The notes under the pieces were generated by a model, which had not been told where the DNA came from, did no database searches, and worked only from the letters and a program-made list of their open reading frames with translations. This document shows positions 18,992-28,587 of a stretch of 64,000 bases of DNA, in pieces (the first letter of the stretch is position 1; every line of letters begins with the position of its first letter). The DNA is taken from assembly GCA_965222115.1 (NCBI GenBank), contig CBDCTJ010000007.1:1120001-1184000 (forward strand), given 5' to 3'. This DNA is from Planctomycetota bacterium (GTDB lineage: Bacteria > Planctomycetota > PLA2 > JAEUHO01). The position numbers and the translations under genes were made by a program.

Positions 18992-21520
18992 CTACGTCTG
19001 GTCAGCAACCGGGCTAACAGCCTCGGCTTCTTCGTCACCCATGTTTTTCGGCGTGACCGGATCCCGGGTGGTTTCGAAGTAGATGCGACCGTCGCGAGTT
19101 TTGGCGAGCACACGCGTGCCTTCGGGGAAGTTGCCGCGCAGGACTTCTTCGGCGAGAGGGTCTTCGAGCAGTCGCTGAATGGCGCGACGGAGCGGACGGG
19201 CGCCGTATTCGGGGTTATAGCCCTCGTCGATGATGTATTCCTTCGTGGCCTCATCGAGTTCGAGCGTGACGCTCTTCTGCGCGAGGCGTCCGGTGAGGCC
19301 GCTGATCTCAATGTCGATGATCTTGGTGAGGTCCTCGCGCGTGAGTTGACGGAACACGATGATCTCGTCGACGCGGTTGAGGAACTCGGGACGGAAGTGG
19401 CGTTCGACGTCCTTCATCAACTCTTCACGCATGCGACCGTGCTTGGCATCGGCGCTGGACTTTTGGAAGCCCACGCCGCCTTGGCTCTTGATGGCATCGG
19501 CGCCGATGTTGCTGGTCATAATGACGACCGTGTTGCGGAAATCGACATGGCGACCAAAGGAGTCGGTCAAGCGCCCCTCTTCCATGATTTGGAGCAACAT
19601 ATTGAAGGCGTCGTGATGCGCCTTTTCGATCTCGTCAAAGAGCACCACGCAATAGGGACGGCGACGCACTTGTTCCGTGAGTTGCCCACCCTCTTCGAAG
19701 CCGACATACCCGGGAGGCGCACCCACCAAACGGCTGACGGTGTGTTTCTCCATGTATTCCGACATGTCGATTTGAATCAGAGCGTCGGGGTCGCCGAACA
19801 TGAACTCGGCCAACGTCTTGCTGAGATGGGTCTTTCCAACGCCCGTGGGGCCCAAGAAGATGAACGAACCCATGGGACGCCGTGGATCTTTCAAGCCACT
19901 TCGGCTGCGTCGCAAGGCGCGGGCAATGGCTTTAATGGCGTCGTCCTGACTCACGACTTTCTCGTGGAGCACCTTCTCCATGCGGAGCAGGCGTTCGGCT
20001 TCGGCCTTTTCAAGTCGCGTCAACGGAATGCCCGTCATTTTGGACACGGTTTCGCGGATGACGTCTTCATCCACAACGCCGGTGGAGCGGTTGGTCTCTT
20101 CGCGCCACTCGCGAAGCATCTGGTCCTTGCGGCGGCGTACCTTTTGGGCCTCGTCGCGCAGCTTGGCCGCACGCTCAAAGTCTTGGGCGTGGACGGCCTC
20201 ATCTTTTTCGCGATCCAGGCGGGCGATCTCGGTTTCCATGTCCTTGAGATCTGGCGGTTGCGTCATCGACTTGAGGCGCAGGCGGGCGCCCGCTTCATCC
20301 ATCACATCGATGGCCTTGTCGGGCAGGAAACGCCCATTGATGTAGCGCGTAGAAAGCTCAACCGACGCCTTCAAGGCTTCGTTGGTGAACTTTATGCGAT
20401 GGTGGGCCTCGTACTTGTCGCGTAGGCCAAGCAGAATCGCGTAGGCCTCGTCTTTCGTGGGCGGATTGACCATGACGGTCTGGAATCGGCGTTCCAGGGC
20501 GCCGTCCTTTTCGATGTACTTGCGATATTCATCGAGCGTGGTGGCGCCAATGCACTGCACCTCGCCACGCGACAGGGCAGGCTTTAGGACGTTGCTGGCG
20601 TCAATTGCGCCCTCGGCGCCGCCAGCGCCCACCAAGGTGTGGAGCTCGTCAATAAAGAGGATGACGTTCTTGCTGCGGCGCACTTCGGTCATGACCGCTT
20701 TGATGCGCTCTTCGAACTGACCCCGATACTTTGTGCCCGCCACCATCATGGCGAGGTCGAGCACCACCAAGCGACGGCTGCGAAGGATCTCGGGGACGTC
20801 GCCGCGAATGATGGATTGAGCGAGGCCTTCCACAATGGCCGTCTTGCCCACACCGGCTTCACCCAGCAACACCGGGTTGTTTTTGGTGCGCCGTGAAAGC
20901 ACTTGGATCACGCGCTCGATCTCGTCTTTGCGGCCAATGACCGGATCGAGTTTGCCTTGCGTGGCGTACTCGGTGAGGTCGCGACCGAAGGCATCGAGGG
21001 CGGGTGTCTTTGACTTGCTGTTGGATGATGAGCCCGATGAACCCAGCTCACTGGTTTCGTCGCTTGCGTCGGGATCGCCGGGTTCGGCGCCCAAGAGTTC
21101 CAATACCTCTTCGCGCACGTCGTCAAGTTTGACTTTCAAGTTGCGCAGCACCTGAGCTGCGATGCCTTCGCTTTCGCGGATCAAGCCGAGCAGGAGGTGT
21201 TCGGTACCGATGTAGGTGTGGCCGAGATTGGTGGCCTCTTCCAAGGAGAGTTCAAGCACGTTTTTCGCGCGGGGCGTGAATGGTAGTTGGCCGACCTGAA
21301 CCATCGTCGTTCCACTGCTAACAAGTTTCTCAACTTCGTGGCGGATCTTCTTGGGATCGACTTCGAGGTTCTTCAACACCGCGGCGGCCACACCGCTGCC
21401 CTCTTGCACCAAACCCAGGAGCATATGTTCGGTGCCGATGTAGTCGTGATTGAAGCGCTGCGCCTCTTGGCGTGCGAGCCCCATCACTTTGCGTGCGCGG
21501 TCGGTAAAACGGTCAAACAT
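18992..21520 (-). CDS. clpC: ATP-dependent Clp protease ATP-binding subunit ClpC
   Basis: [12 protein letters not shown], double ClpN domain, Walker A GEAGVGKT and [11 protein letters not shown] middle domain ([11 protein letters not shown]), VGF ClpP-docking loop. Confidence 0.97.
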   Translation of the reverse strand: MFDRFTDRARKVMGLARQEAQRFNHDYIGTEHMLLGLVQEGSGVAAAVLKNLEVDPKKIRHEVEKLVSSGTTMVQVGQLPFTPRAKNVLELSLEEATNLGHTYIGTEHLLLGLIRESEGIAAQVLRNLKVKLDDVREEVLELLGAEPGDPDASDETSELGSSGSSSNSKSKTPALDAFGRDLTEYATQGKLDPVIGRKDEIERVIQVLSRRTKNNPVLLGEAGVGKTAIVEGLAQSIIRGDVPEILRSRRLVVLDLAMMVAGTKYRGQFEERIKAVMTEVRRSKNVILFIDELHTLVGAGGAEGAIDASNVLKPALSRGEVQCIGATTLDEYRKYIEKDGALERRFQTVMVNPPTKDEAYAILLGLRDKYEAHHRIKFTNEALKASVELSTRYINGRFLPDKAIDVMDEAGARLRLKSMTQPPDLKDMETEIARLDREKDEAVHAQDFERAAKLRDEAQKVRRRKDQMLREWREETNRSTGVVDEDVIRETVSKMTGIPLTRLEKAEAERLLRMEKVLHEKVVSQDDAIKAIARALRRSRSGLKDPRRPMGSFIFLGPTGVGKTHLSKTLAEFMFGDPDALIQIDMSEYMEKHTVSRLVGAPPGYVGFEEGGQLTEQVRRRPYCVVLFDEIEKAHHDAFNMLLQIMEEGRLTDSFGRHVDFRNTVVIMTSNIGADAIKSQGGVGFQKSSADAKHGRMREELMKDVERHFRPEFLNRVDEIIVFRQLTREDLTKIIDIEISGLTGRLAQKSVTLELDEATKEYIIDEGYNPEYGARPLRRAIQRLLEDPLAEEVLRGNFPEGTRVLAKTRDGRIYFETTRDPVTPKNMGDEEAEAVSPVADQT

Positions 21521-21944
21521 GAAAAACTCCGCCACGGATTCCACCGGGCTCTTGGGGCACGGCCGCGGACTGCATTCGTTTGAAATGCGGTCTGGTGCCG
21601 TGCGCAAAAACACGCTGCGCGAACTCGTTACCCCAGTGTGAACCGGGGGACAGCCAATGCCCTCGAAGAACCCCACGCCGAAGCATGGTCTTCTGGAGCA
21701 TCGCCTTCCACGGTGCACACGCCGCTTGTGCGTGTGTGGATTGGTTGCAACAACCTGCCGCGTTCAAGCCGCTGGACATCGCACCCAATTTCAACTACGG
21801 GGCACGACAGGCAGCGACTCGCGCCGTGGATCTGTACCGCCGTTCCGGCACGACCGCATGGCGAGTCGTGTCAGGCTGGCAGAACATTGGGCACCGAGGA
21901 CGCAGCGAGGAGCGTGTCGCAGAATCCGTGCCGACCGACACTTA

Positions 21945-21988
21945 AGTGCCAGGCACAGCGATGTAGGTACGTCGGCGTGCCTGGCACT
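21945..21988. repeat. Perfect 12-bp inverted repeat with pairable spacer (terminator-like or regulatory hairpin)
   Basis: AGTGCCAGGCAC (21945-21956) and GTGCCTGGCACT (21977-21988). Confidence 0.65.
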
Positions 21989-22024
21989 GAGATGTATGTT
22001 TTGTATATGTTAGCGTGCTTTGGC

Positions 22025-22291
22025 TTAGCTGGAGCGGCCGACGAGTTCGGCGAGTGCCTCAACATCGCGGTTGGTGACGATGGTCTGCACGAAGCTCTGC
22101 TCTTCGGGCTCGCCGCCCATGCGGGCCAGGATGGTGCTGGCGCGCTTCCAGAGGGTGCTGAGGCGCTTCTCGGTGGTGGCGAGGTAGATCTCGGTCACAA
22201 GTTCGGCCAAGCGCTGCCCGTCGATCTCGCCGCGGCGCTCGTAGTAGCGCCGAATGACGCTGCGTTGATAGGCGCTGTAGTCACGTCCCAT
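22025..22291 (-). CDS. Conserved small hypothetical protein
   Basis: YSAYQRSVIRRYYE...QRLAELVTEIYLA. Strongly biased codon usage and AAGG RBS. Confidence 0.75.
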   Translation of the reverse strand: MGRDYSAYQRSVIRRYYERRGEIDGQRLAELVTEIYLATTEKRLSTLWKRASTILARMGGEPEEQSFVQTIVTNRDVEALAELVGRSS

Positions 22292-22338
22292 GCATGGACC
22301 TTTCATCCGGGTCGGATGTGATGTATTTCGGAAAGGGC

Positions 22339-23406
22339 TTAGCCCTTTGCGAGGACTTCGCGGACGTAGCGAGCCCGCACGGCGTCGCGCTCACTTGAAT
22401 CCATCGTGCCGCCGCCATGGCGTTGCACGTGGGCCGGTTGACAAAGCACATAGAGATCTTGCACTCGCGAAAGCGACAGCGAGGCTGCGGTGCCTTTGTA
22501 GATCCCAAGGACCAACGCGAGGCGCACCGCCGACAAATGGCTCATGGCTTCTTCTGTGCTGAGAATGCGTGCTTCTTTCAGCGTGGCCAATGCGCGGTAG
22601 CTACGATCTTCCAATTTCAGGCGGTGCTTGGGCGCTTGCAATTGCTGTCGGCAACGCTCCTCATATTGCAGGATCTTGTTGAGCATGCGGGCCAGGTCTT
22701 GAAGGATTCGCGACTCGGACTTGCCGAGCGTGACCTGGTTGCTGATTTGATAGAGATCACCCGAGGCGCGCGTGCCTTCACCAAAAAAGCCACGCACCGT
22801 GAAGCCCGTTTGATTGGCCGCGTGAAACAGTTTTTCGACTTGCTTTAGGTGTACGAGACCCGGCAAATGCAGCATGACCGACGCGCGCATGCCCGTGCCC
22901 ACGTTCGTGGGACACGCCGTCAAATAGCCCAACGTTTCGCTCGTTGCGTATTCCAACGCGCGATCAACGTGTTCGTCGATGGCGCGTGCGCGCTCATACG
23001 ACGCATCGAGTGACAAGCTGCTTTGAAGCGACTGAATGCGAAGATGGTCTTCTTCGTTCACCATGATGCTCACGGCTTCGTCGGCTCCAAAGGTCACGGC
23101 GCGCGGGCCTTCGCCGTGTTGGAGCTCACGACTGATGAGGTGGCGTTCCACCAGCAAAAGGCTGGTGAGTTCGTCGGTGGTATCGATGTCAACGTGAACG
23201 AGCGGTGCGCTGGCGTCAAAACCGTTGAGCGCGTCGCGTGTGAGATCCAACACTTCGTGCCGCTGTTCCGGTGTGGCGCATCCCAAGAACGGAAAACCAC
23301 GTAGGTTGCGCGCCAAACGTACGCGGCTCGAAATGACGATTTCGCCATGCTCGCCCTGGCCGTCTAACCAACTGCCACCCTGTTTGTGAATGTCTTCAAG
23401 ATTCAT
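22339..23406 (-). CDS. mcsB: Protein-arginine kinase McsB
   Basis: SSRVRLARN, LVERHLIS, NEEDHLRIQ, YLTACPTNVGTGMRAS, YQISNQVTLG. Confidence 0.95.
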   Translation of the reverse strand: MNLEDIHKQGGSWLDGQGEHGEIVISSRVRLARNLRGFPFLGCATPEQRHEVLDLTRDALNGFDASAPLVHVDIDTTDELTSLLLVERHLISRELQHGEGPRAVTFGADEAVSIMVNEEDHLRIQSLQSSLSLDASYERARAIDEHVDRALEYATSETLGYLTACPTNVGTGMRASVMLHLPGLVHLKQVEKLFHAANQTGFTVRGFFGEGTRASGDLYQISNQVTLGKSESRILQDLARMLNKILQYEERCRQQLQAPKHRLKLEDRSYRALATLKEARILSTEEAMSHLSAVRLALVLGIYKGTAASLSLSRVQDLYVLCQPAHVQRHGGGTMDSSERDAVRARYVREVLAKG

Positions 23407-23478
23407 GCAGACCTAATATCCAGCACGAAAAATCCATGCGATGTGAGTCGTGCACGCGAAGGTCCACGCCACGACACG

Positions 23479-24048
23479 TCAGGCAACACCGCTATCGCCA
23501 AAGCTCGACGAATCCGGAGGCGACTCTTCGGTCTCGCGTTGCAGGCGGCGTTCGTATTCCACGATTTCATCGCGTAGCGTTGCTGCCTCTTCGTATTGCT
23601 CGGCGCGAATCGCCTTGTTCATACGTCGTTTGAGTTTGCGAATGGCCGCCGAAAGCAGGGTGACGGCATCCGCGGCGGCGTGCACATCGGAAATGCGCCC
23701 CACGTGTTTGGAAGCGCCGCCGTGCATTTTCTCAATCATGGGCGTTAGTGCGTCGGCGAAAATCTCGTAGTCGCGCGGGCACCCCAGCCGACCGCGGCGG
23801 CGAAATTCTTTGAACGTGATGCCGCAGTCCGGGCAGCGCCGATTCTCGGTGGCCATGGCTTCCACCGACGCTTGGATCATGGAGGCGCCAATGCCCAGTA
23901 CCGCCGTTTCCGTGGCCAGTCCCTGCTCCAACGCGCATTCCTCGCAGACATGGAGTTCGATGCGCTCGTCCTCGCGGATCTCGCGGTAGTGAATCGTGGC
24001 GGGATTTACGCTGCAGTGTTGGCATACGGCGGCTGTCATCGCCGGCAT
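23479..24048 (-). CDS. mcsA: McsA, activator of McsB (zinc finger plus UVR domain)
   Basis: CQHC, CEEC, CPDC, GCPRDY, and EQYEEAATLRD. Lies upstream of mcsB. Confidence 0.92.
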   Translation of the reverse strand: MPAMTAAVCQHCSVNPATIHYREIREDERIELHVCEECALEQGLATETAVLGIGASMIQASVEAMATENRRCPDCGITFKEFRRRGRLGCPRDYEIFADALTPMIEKMHGGASKHVGRISDVHAAADAVTLLSAAIRKLKRRMNKAIRAEQYEEAATLRDEIVEYERRLQRETEESPPDSSSFGDSGVA

Positions 24049-24082
24049 TCTATGCGCAGTTCACGCGCCTTGGCGTTCCCCG

Positions 24083-25474
24083 CTACTCAGATTTCTCGGT
24101 TTCTGCCAACCGCGCCACAGCCGCCTGAAAGGCCTTACCTCGAGCGACAAAGGAGGCGTACTGGTCGAGGCTCGAATATCCGGGCGAGAGAAGCACAACG
24201 TCGCCCGTTTGCGCAATCGCTGACGCGTGCCGCACCGCTTCCGCCATGTCACTCGCTACAAAAGCCGAAGGGCCGCCGTCCTTCATGGCCTCCACGAGAC
24301 GCGGACCCGTCGTACCCATGCCAACAACGGCCTTGGCATACGTTCGTATGGCTTGAATCAACGAAGCGTCGTCGCTGCCTTTGTCTTTGCCGCCTACGAG
24401 CAACACAATGCCATGATCCGCGTACGCTTCGAGTGCCGCAATCGTACTCTCGGGATGCGTGGCATTGCTGTCGTCGATGTAGTGCACGCCACGAACGTCT
24501 GCAACCGGCGACAGGCGGTGGGGCAGGGGCCGGCATGCGCGGGCACCTTGAATTGCGGTATGCGTGGTGACGCCGGTTTGCGTCCGCGCCGCGGCGATGG
24601 CCGCGAGGATATTTCTCTTGTTGTGTTCGCCGCGCAGTGTGATGTCGCCCAACGGCACACATTCCCTGCCAACAACAACGCGGCCTTGATCGTCAAGCGA
24701 CACGTTACCGCCCTCACCGTACGCCACCACGCGCCCCGCAACGTCGTGCTGCCAGCCTGCTTCGCGTACGCCGGGATCTTCGGTTGGTAACACCGCCACA
24801 TCGTGATCCGTTTGATACGCGACGATGGCGCGTTTGGCGTGGATGTAATGCTCACGCGTGCCGTGGCGATCCAAGTGGTCGGTTTTGAGGTTGGTGACGA
24901 CCGCGACATGCGGGGAACGCCGAATGTGGTGGCACCACCACAGTTGAAACGATGACAGCTCCAATACAACTAAGTCACTCGATGCTATGTCGCCAAGCCG
25001 ACTCACCAAGGGCTGGCCTATGTTGCCGCCCATGTGGACGCGATGGCCACCCGCCTGAAGCATATGCACCAGCAATCGCGTGGTCGTAGACTTGCCTTTT
25101 GTGCCGGTGACTCCGAATACTTTGGCGGTGCACCGAGAAAGCGTAATGTTGACTTCTGTAGTCACAAGCGTGCCGCACGCCTGGGCTGATGCAATGAGCT
25201 CGTGCTCAAAGGGGATGGCGGGACTCACGATGACCGCATCGACGCCAGACAACAGAGAATCTGTCTGTGGCCCAAACACCACGCGAGCGCCCAACGCTTC
25301 GACGCGGTCGGCCGCTTCGGAAAGTGCGTCGCGAGTAGCCGAGTCACTTACCGTGACGGTTGCACCTTCGCCAATTAAGAAGCGCGTCGTTTCAAGGCCG
25401 CCGCCGAACTTGCCGAGTCCCAGCACCAAGACATGGTGGCCACGAAAGGTGGCGGGGACGGGCAGCCGAGCCAT
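24083..25474 (-). CDS. murD: UDP-N-acetylmuramoyl-L-alanine--D-glutamate ligase
   Basis: GLGKFG, VSPAIP, GVTGTKGKSTT, GGNIG, LELSSFQL, DHLDRH, LPHRL, VLLSPG.SLDQY. Confidence 0.95.
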   Translation of the reverse strand: MARLPVPATFRGHHVLVLGLGKFGGGLETTRFLIGEGATVTVSDSATRDALSEAADRVEALGARVVFGPQTDSLLSGVDAVIVSPAIPFEHELIASAQACGTLVTTEVNITLSRCTAKVFGVTGTKGKSTTTRLLVHMLQAGGHRVHMGGNIGQPLVSRLGDIASSDLVVLELSSFQLWWCHHIRRSPHVAVVTNLKTDHLDRHGTREHYIHAKRAIVAYQTDHDVAVLPTEDPGVREAGWQHDVAGRVVAYGEGGNVSLDDQGRVVVGRECVPLGDITLRGEHNKRNILAAIAAARTQTGVTTHTAIQGARACRPLPHRLSPVADVRGVHYIDDSNATHPESTIAALEAYADHGIVLLVGGKDKGSDDASLIQAIRTYAKAVVGMGTTGPRLVEAMKDGGPSAFVASDMAEAVRHASAIAQTGDVVLLSPGYSSLDQYASFVARGKAFQAAVARLAETEKSE

Positions 25475-25483
25475 GCCGCGCGA

Positions 25484-25978
25484 TCACTCCTTGCCAAGAG
25501 GCTGCGCGCGTTCGGAGGCGTTTCCCGCAGCTCTGATGCTCTCAGCTCGAAACGCTTCAGCATTCTTCAAATATTTGTCTACGCGCTCATCAGCGTTTCC
25601 ACCTTGGAGCGGTGTGAGCTTGATGGTTCGGCGCGTAACGCTCGTCGGCATGGTGTGTTCGGCAATCAGATCAAACCCGGGCAAGCCGTCGCGTGGCGTG
25701 GGGATCGTCAGTTCTTTTGCGACCGACTCGTAGCCCTTCTTCTCGACGCGTATTTCAACCGTGCCATAGTGCACAAAGGGATGACGAACCGGCGTTTTGG
25801 AGGCCTGCTTCTCGCCATTAATCCAAATGTCGGCACCGGGCGGGTCGGTTTGAATGTCGAGGAATCGCTCGGTGGATCGACACGCGGGTGCCACGACGAG
25901 TACGGCACATACGAGTCCCCATATCAAAAAGCGGTGTGACACGCTCGGCGCAACAGGGGTGAACCCGCGACTCAACAT
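25484..25978 (-). CDS. PEGA-domain protein (possible lipoprotein)
   Basis: Hydrophobic signal ending APAC, then IQTDPPGADIWING...TP...KKGYE. Confidence 0.8.
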   Translation of the reverse strand: MLSRGFTPVAPSVSHRFLIWGLVCAVLVVAPACRSTERFLDIQTDPPGADIWINGEKQASKTPVRHPFVHYGTVEIRVEKKGYESVAKELTIPTPRDGLPGFDLIAEHTMPTSVTRRTIKLTPLQGGNADERVDKYLKNAEAFRAESIRAAGNASERAQPLGKE

Positions 25979-26062
25979 GCCTTCGCTGTACCATGAAGAT
26001 CCTCGATTTCATCCGAGTTCGTGTTTGCCCGAGTTCGCGGTTCTGGCTTTGCGGGAGTACCC

Positions 26063-27211
26063 ATGCGGGGGTTGCTAATCATCGTTGGCCTGGCGCTGTT
26101 GGGTGTGTCGCTGTGGTGGGGAACAAGCCGACGCGATCCATTGCCCATTCGAACCGAGCCCGAGCGGCCATCGAGAACCGTTGCGCCAGCGGCGGATGCC
26201 GCGGGCGGCGGTACGCCGGATCGCGACATAGGCGGTTTGCCCGCCTCCCAGTTCTGGATTCGTCGCGATTTCTTCCTTCCTGCGACCGATATGCCAACGG
26301 TGGCTGCCAGCGACGCCACCTACGTATCTCCATCCGAGGACGTGTTTGGCGTGGTCATCAACGACGAGGCGCGAGCCTATCCGATTCGGTTCCTTGCTTA
26401 TCACCACGTCGTCAATGACCGCGTCGCCGATGTTCCCATCGCGGTGACGTACTGAGTGATCTGTTCCTCGGGGATCGGATTCGATCCCGTCATACGCGGA
26501 CAGCGACTCACGTTCGGCTTCGAGGGCATATGGCAGGGAACTGCCCTGTTGTATGACCATCAAAGCACCTCATTTTGGATGCATCTCACCGGGAGGTGCA
26601 TTGAGGGAACGCACAAAGGCGTGACGCTTAACAAGTTGGCCACCGGGCGCCACACGACGTGGAGCGATTGGCAAGCCTTGCACCCAGAGACACGCGTGAT
26701 GGCGCGTGATCCCGCGTTGGAACCACGCGGGCGGCCTCGCCAGCATGCCTACTTCACGCGTCGTTCGTCGAGCAGTGGCGCGTCTTACTTTCCATCTTCG
26801 TTTCACTCAACCATTCAATCGCGTGACGACCGGCTGATGCTCCACAGCCTGCTTTATGGCATTACCGTGGGGGCGCGTGCACGCGCCTATCCGTTTCGTG
26901 CGTTGAGTTCGCATCCCGTCATCAACGAGCGCTTCGAGGATGTACCCGTTACGGTTTGGTATGACGCCTCCTCACGGTCTGCCGCGGCCTTTGATGCGCG
27001 CGTGGAAGGCAACGTGTTGGAATTTACGTACGCGAAGGACGGGACGATCTTGGATGCCGATACTCGCAGTCGTTGGACGATGGACGGGCACTGCGTCGAA
27101 GGGCCGTTTCAAGGCACTACGCTGACGCCCTTGCATGGACTTAAATCGGAATGGTATGGGTGGTTTGCCCACCATCCACAGACGACGGTGTACGGGGCGC
27201 GCCTTCGTTAG
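26063..27211 (+). CDS. DUF3179-domain selenoprotein (in-frame TGA 26453-26455 read as Sec, UxxC motif)
   Basis: ORFs 26021..26455 and 26456..27211 are contiguous and in frame: ...IAVTY-U-VICSSG. The family motif is VTYCPLC. A SECIS-like hairpin follows. Confidence 0.8.
26471..26488 (+). promoter_or_regulatory. Putative bacterial SECIS hairpin
   Basis: GGGATCG-GATT-CGATCCC is a perfect 7-bp stem. The loop starts with G and lies 22 nt after the UGA. Confidence 0.7.
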
Positions 27212-27216
27212 GCGCG

Positions 27217-28587
27217 CTATGGCGGGAGTAGGAACGGGGTGATGCGCTCGTATTCCGGGGCCATGGCGAGTCGATCCTCGTCATTGACATAGCCACGTGG
27301 ATGATGAGGCACTATGGGCGTTGTGTAGGGATTGCCGCGAGCGCGCGCCAGTGCGGCAAGTTGGTCGTTCATCACGTTGGTAGCGATGTAGGCCCCCGTG
27401 TGCGCATGGGCCCATGTTGCGGGTTGGGGCCTTGGAGATTGATCAATCAAGTTGAGCAGCGCCGATTCCAGCTCGTCGTCGTCGGCCAGCACGCCCCCGC
27501 TTGCAAGCACTTGATCTAAATTCACGCCGCGGTGGTGGCGATAAACGATGGTGGGGCAGTTGGCGAACCAACTCTCGTAAATTGCGCGATTGGCCCCCTC
27601 GCGTTTGCTCAACAAGACGGAGACGCGGCTTCGTTCATAGGCATCGATCACAACGTCGGCCGGTACATGGTTGAGAAATGTGCATTGATCATGAACGCCG
27701 ACGCGCTTGGCAACACGCTCCACGTCATTCATATCCCAGCTCAACGGATACCCGATCAACACCATGGAGAGCGCTCGCCCCGTCGATGCGTGGACACGCT
27801 TCACGGCCCGAAACAACAATTCGTGTCGCTTGAGCGGATCCCATGCTGACACCATGCAGATGTCCCACGCGTGGGGTTTTTCAAATGATGTGGGAAAGGG
27901 ATCGGGCCAAATCCAGTCGCCTGCGCCCAGGCGTGAAGGCATGAGATTGGAATTGAGACTCTCGATCCACGCATAGTCGATTTTGTTTTGCGCTTGCACT
28001 ACCACATCGGCATCGCTTCCGAGGTAGTACAAGAAGATCTCGTCCATATAGCCCCACGTACTCGGTTCGAGCACGAATTGATACGTCCGGCTTAGTGCTG
28101 CGAGGTCGTACATGGCAGCCGTGTGCTTAATGCCGTCGTTAAAAGTGACCAAGAGGACACCCTTTTCCCCGGTGGTGGGGTTGGCGCGCTTGAGAATGGT
28201 GAGGTCGCCCATTCGCGCCGCTGGCGAGTTCTCGCGCGCGTGGCGGGCACGCACTCGATCGTCGTGGGGGTAGGCGGCAAACTGTCGCCGTATGGCCGCC
28301 GCTTCATTGGAGTCGACCCACGCTCGGAGGATGGGATTCTCTTCAATCGTCACTTGAGCGCCATCGCGCCAGCAGGCCGAGGTGATGGCACCACGCACCA
28401 CGGTCTCTCGTTTCAACGAGAATTCGCCCGGTTTGGCGTGCTTCCAAGCGCGCAGCAGCCCTCGCAAGCCCCGCAGCAGGTCGCCGCCATTTATGTGTCT
28501 TGTTCCTCTGACAAAGGACTGCCATACAAACAACCGACGTAAGAGGGGGGAGGCGTACACCCGTTCCTGGATTGCGTGGCGATTCAC
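27217..28587 (-). CDS. Glycosyltransferase, GT-B / GT4-like
   Basis: C-terminal VSAWDPLKRHE...SKREGANRAIYES motif (ExxxxxxxE). Confidence 0.75.
   Translation of the reverse strand: MNRHAIQERVYASPLLRRLFVWQSFVRGTRHINGGDLLRGLRGLLRAWKHAKPGEFSLKRETVVRGAITSACWRDGAQVTIEENPILRAWVDSNEAAAIRRQFAAYPHDDRVRARHARENSPAARMGDLTILKRANPTTGEKGVLLVTFNDGIKHTAAMYDLAALSRTYQFVLEPSTWGYMDEIFLYYLGSDADVVVQAQNKIDYAWIESLNSNLMPSRLGAGDWIWPDPFPTSFEKPHAWDICMVSAWDPLKRHELLFRAVKRVHASTGRALSMVLIGYPLSWDMNDVERVAKRVGVHDQCTFLNHVPADVVIDAYERSRVSVLLSKREGANRAIYESWFANCPTIVYRHHRGVNLDQVLASGGVLADDDELESALLNLIDQSPRPQPATWAHAHTGAYIATNVMNDQLAALARARGNPYTTPIVPHHPRGYVNDEDRLAMAPEYERITPFLLPP

Noticed and set aside
18902-20425. 507-aa plus-strand ORF
   Set aside because: Antisense shadow of clpC caused by strong codon bias; no recognisable motifs.
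21521-22024. CIRCE or CtsR operator upstream of clpC
   Set aside because: No TTAGCACTC-N9-GAGTGCTAA and no GGTCAAA direct repeat in the intergenic region.
23767-23785. McsA fourth CxxC reads CPRD
   Set aside because: Cys-to-Asp at a metal ligand is a modest variation and not evidence of new function.
26453-26455. TGA as a nonsense mutation (pseudogene) or boundary of two genes
   Set aside because: It falls on the first Cys position of a CxxC motif and is followed by a SECIS-like hairpin, so Sec read-through is the better explanation.
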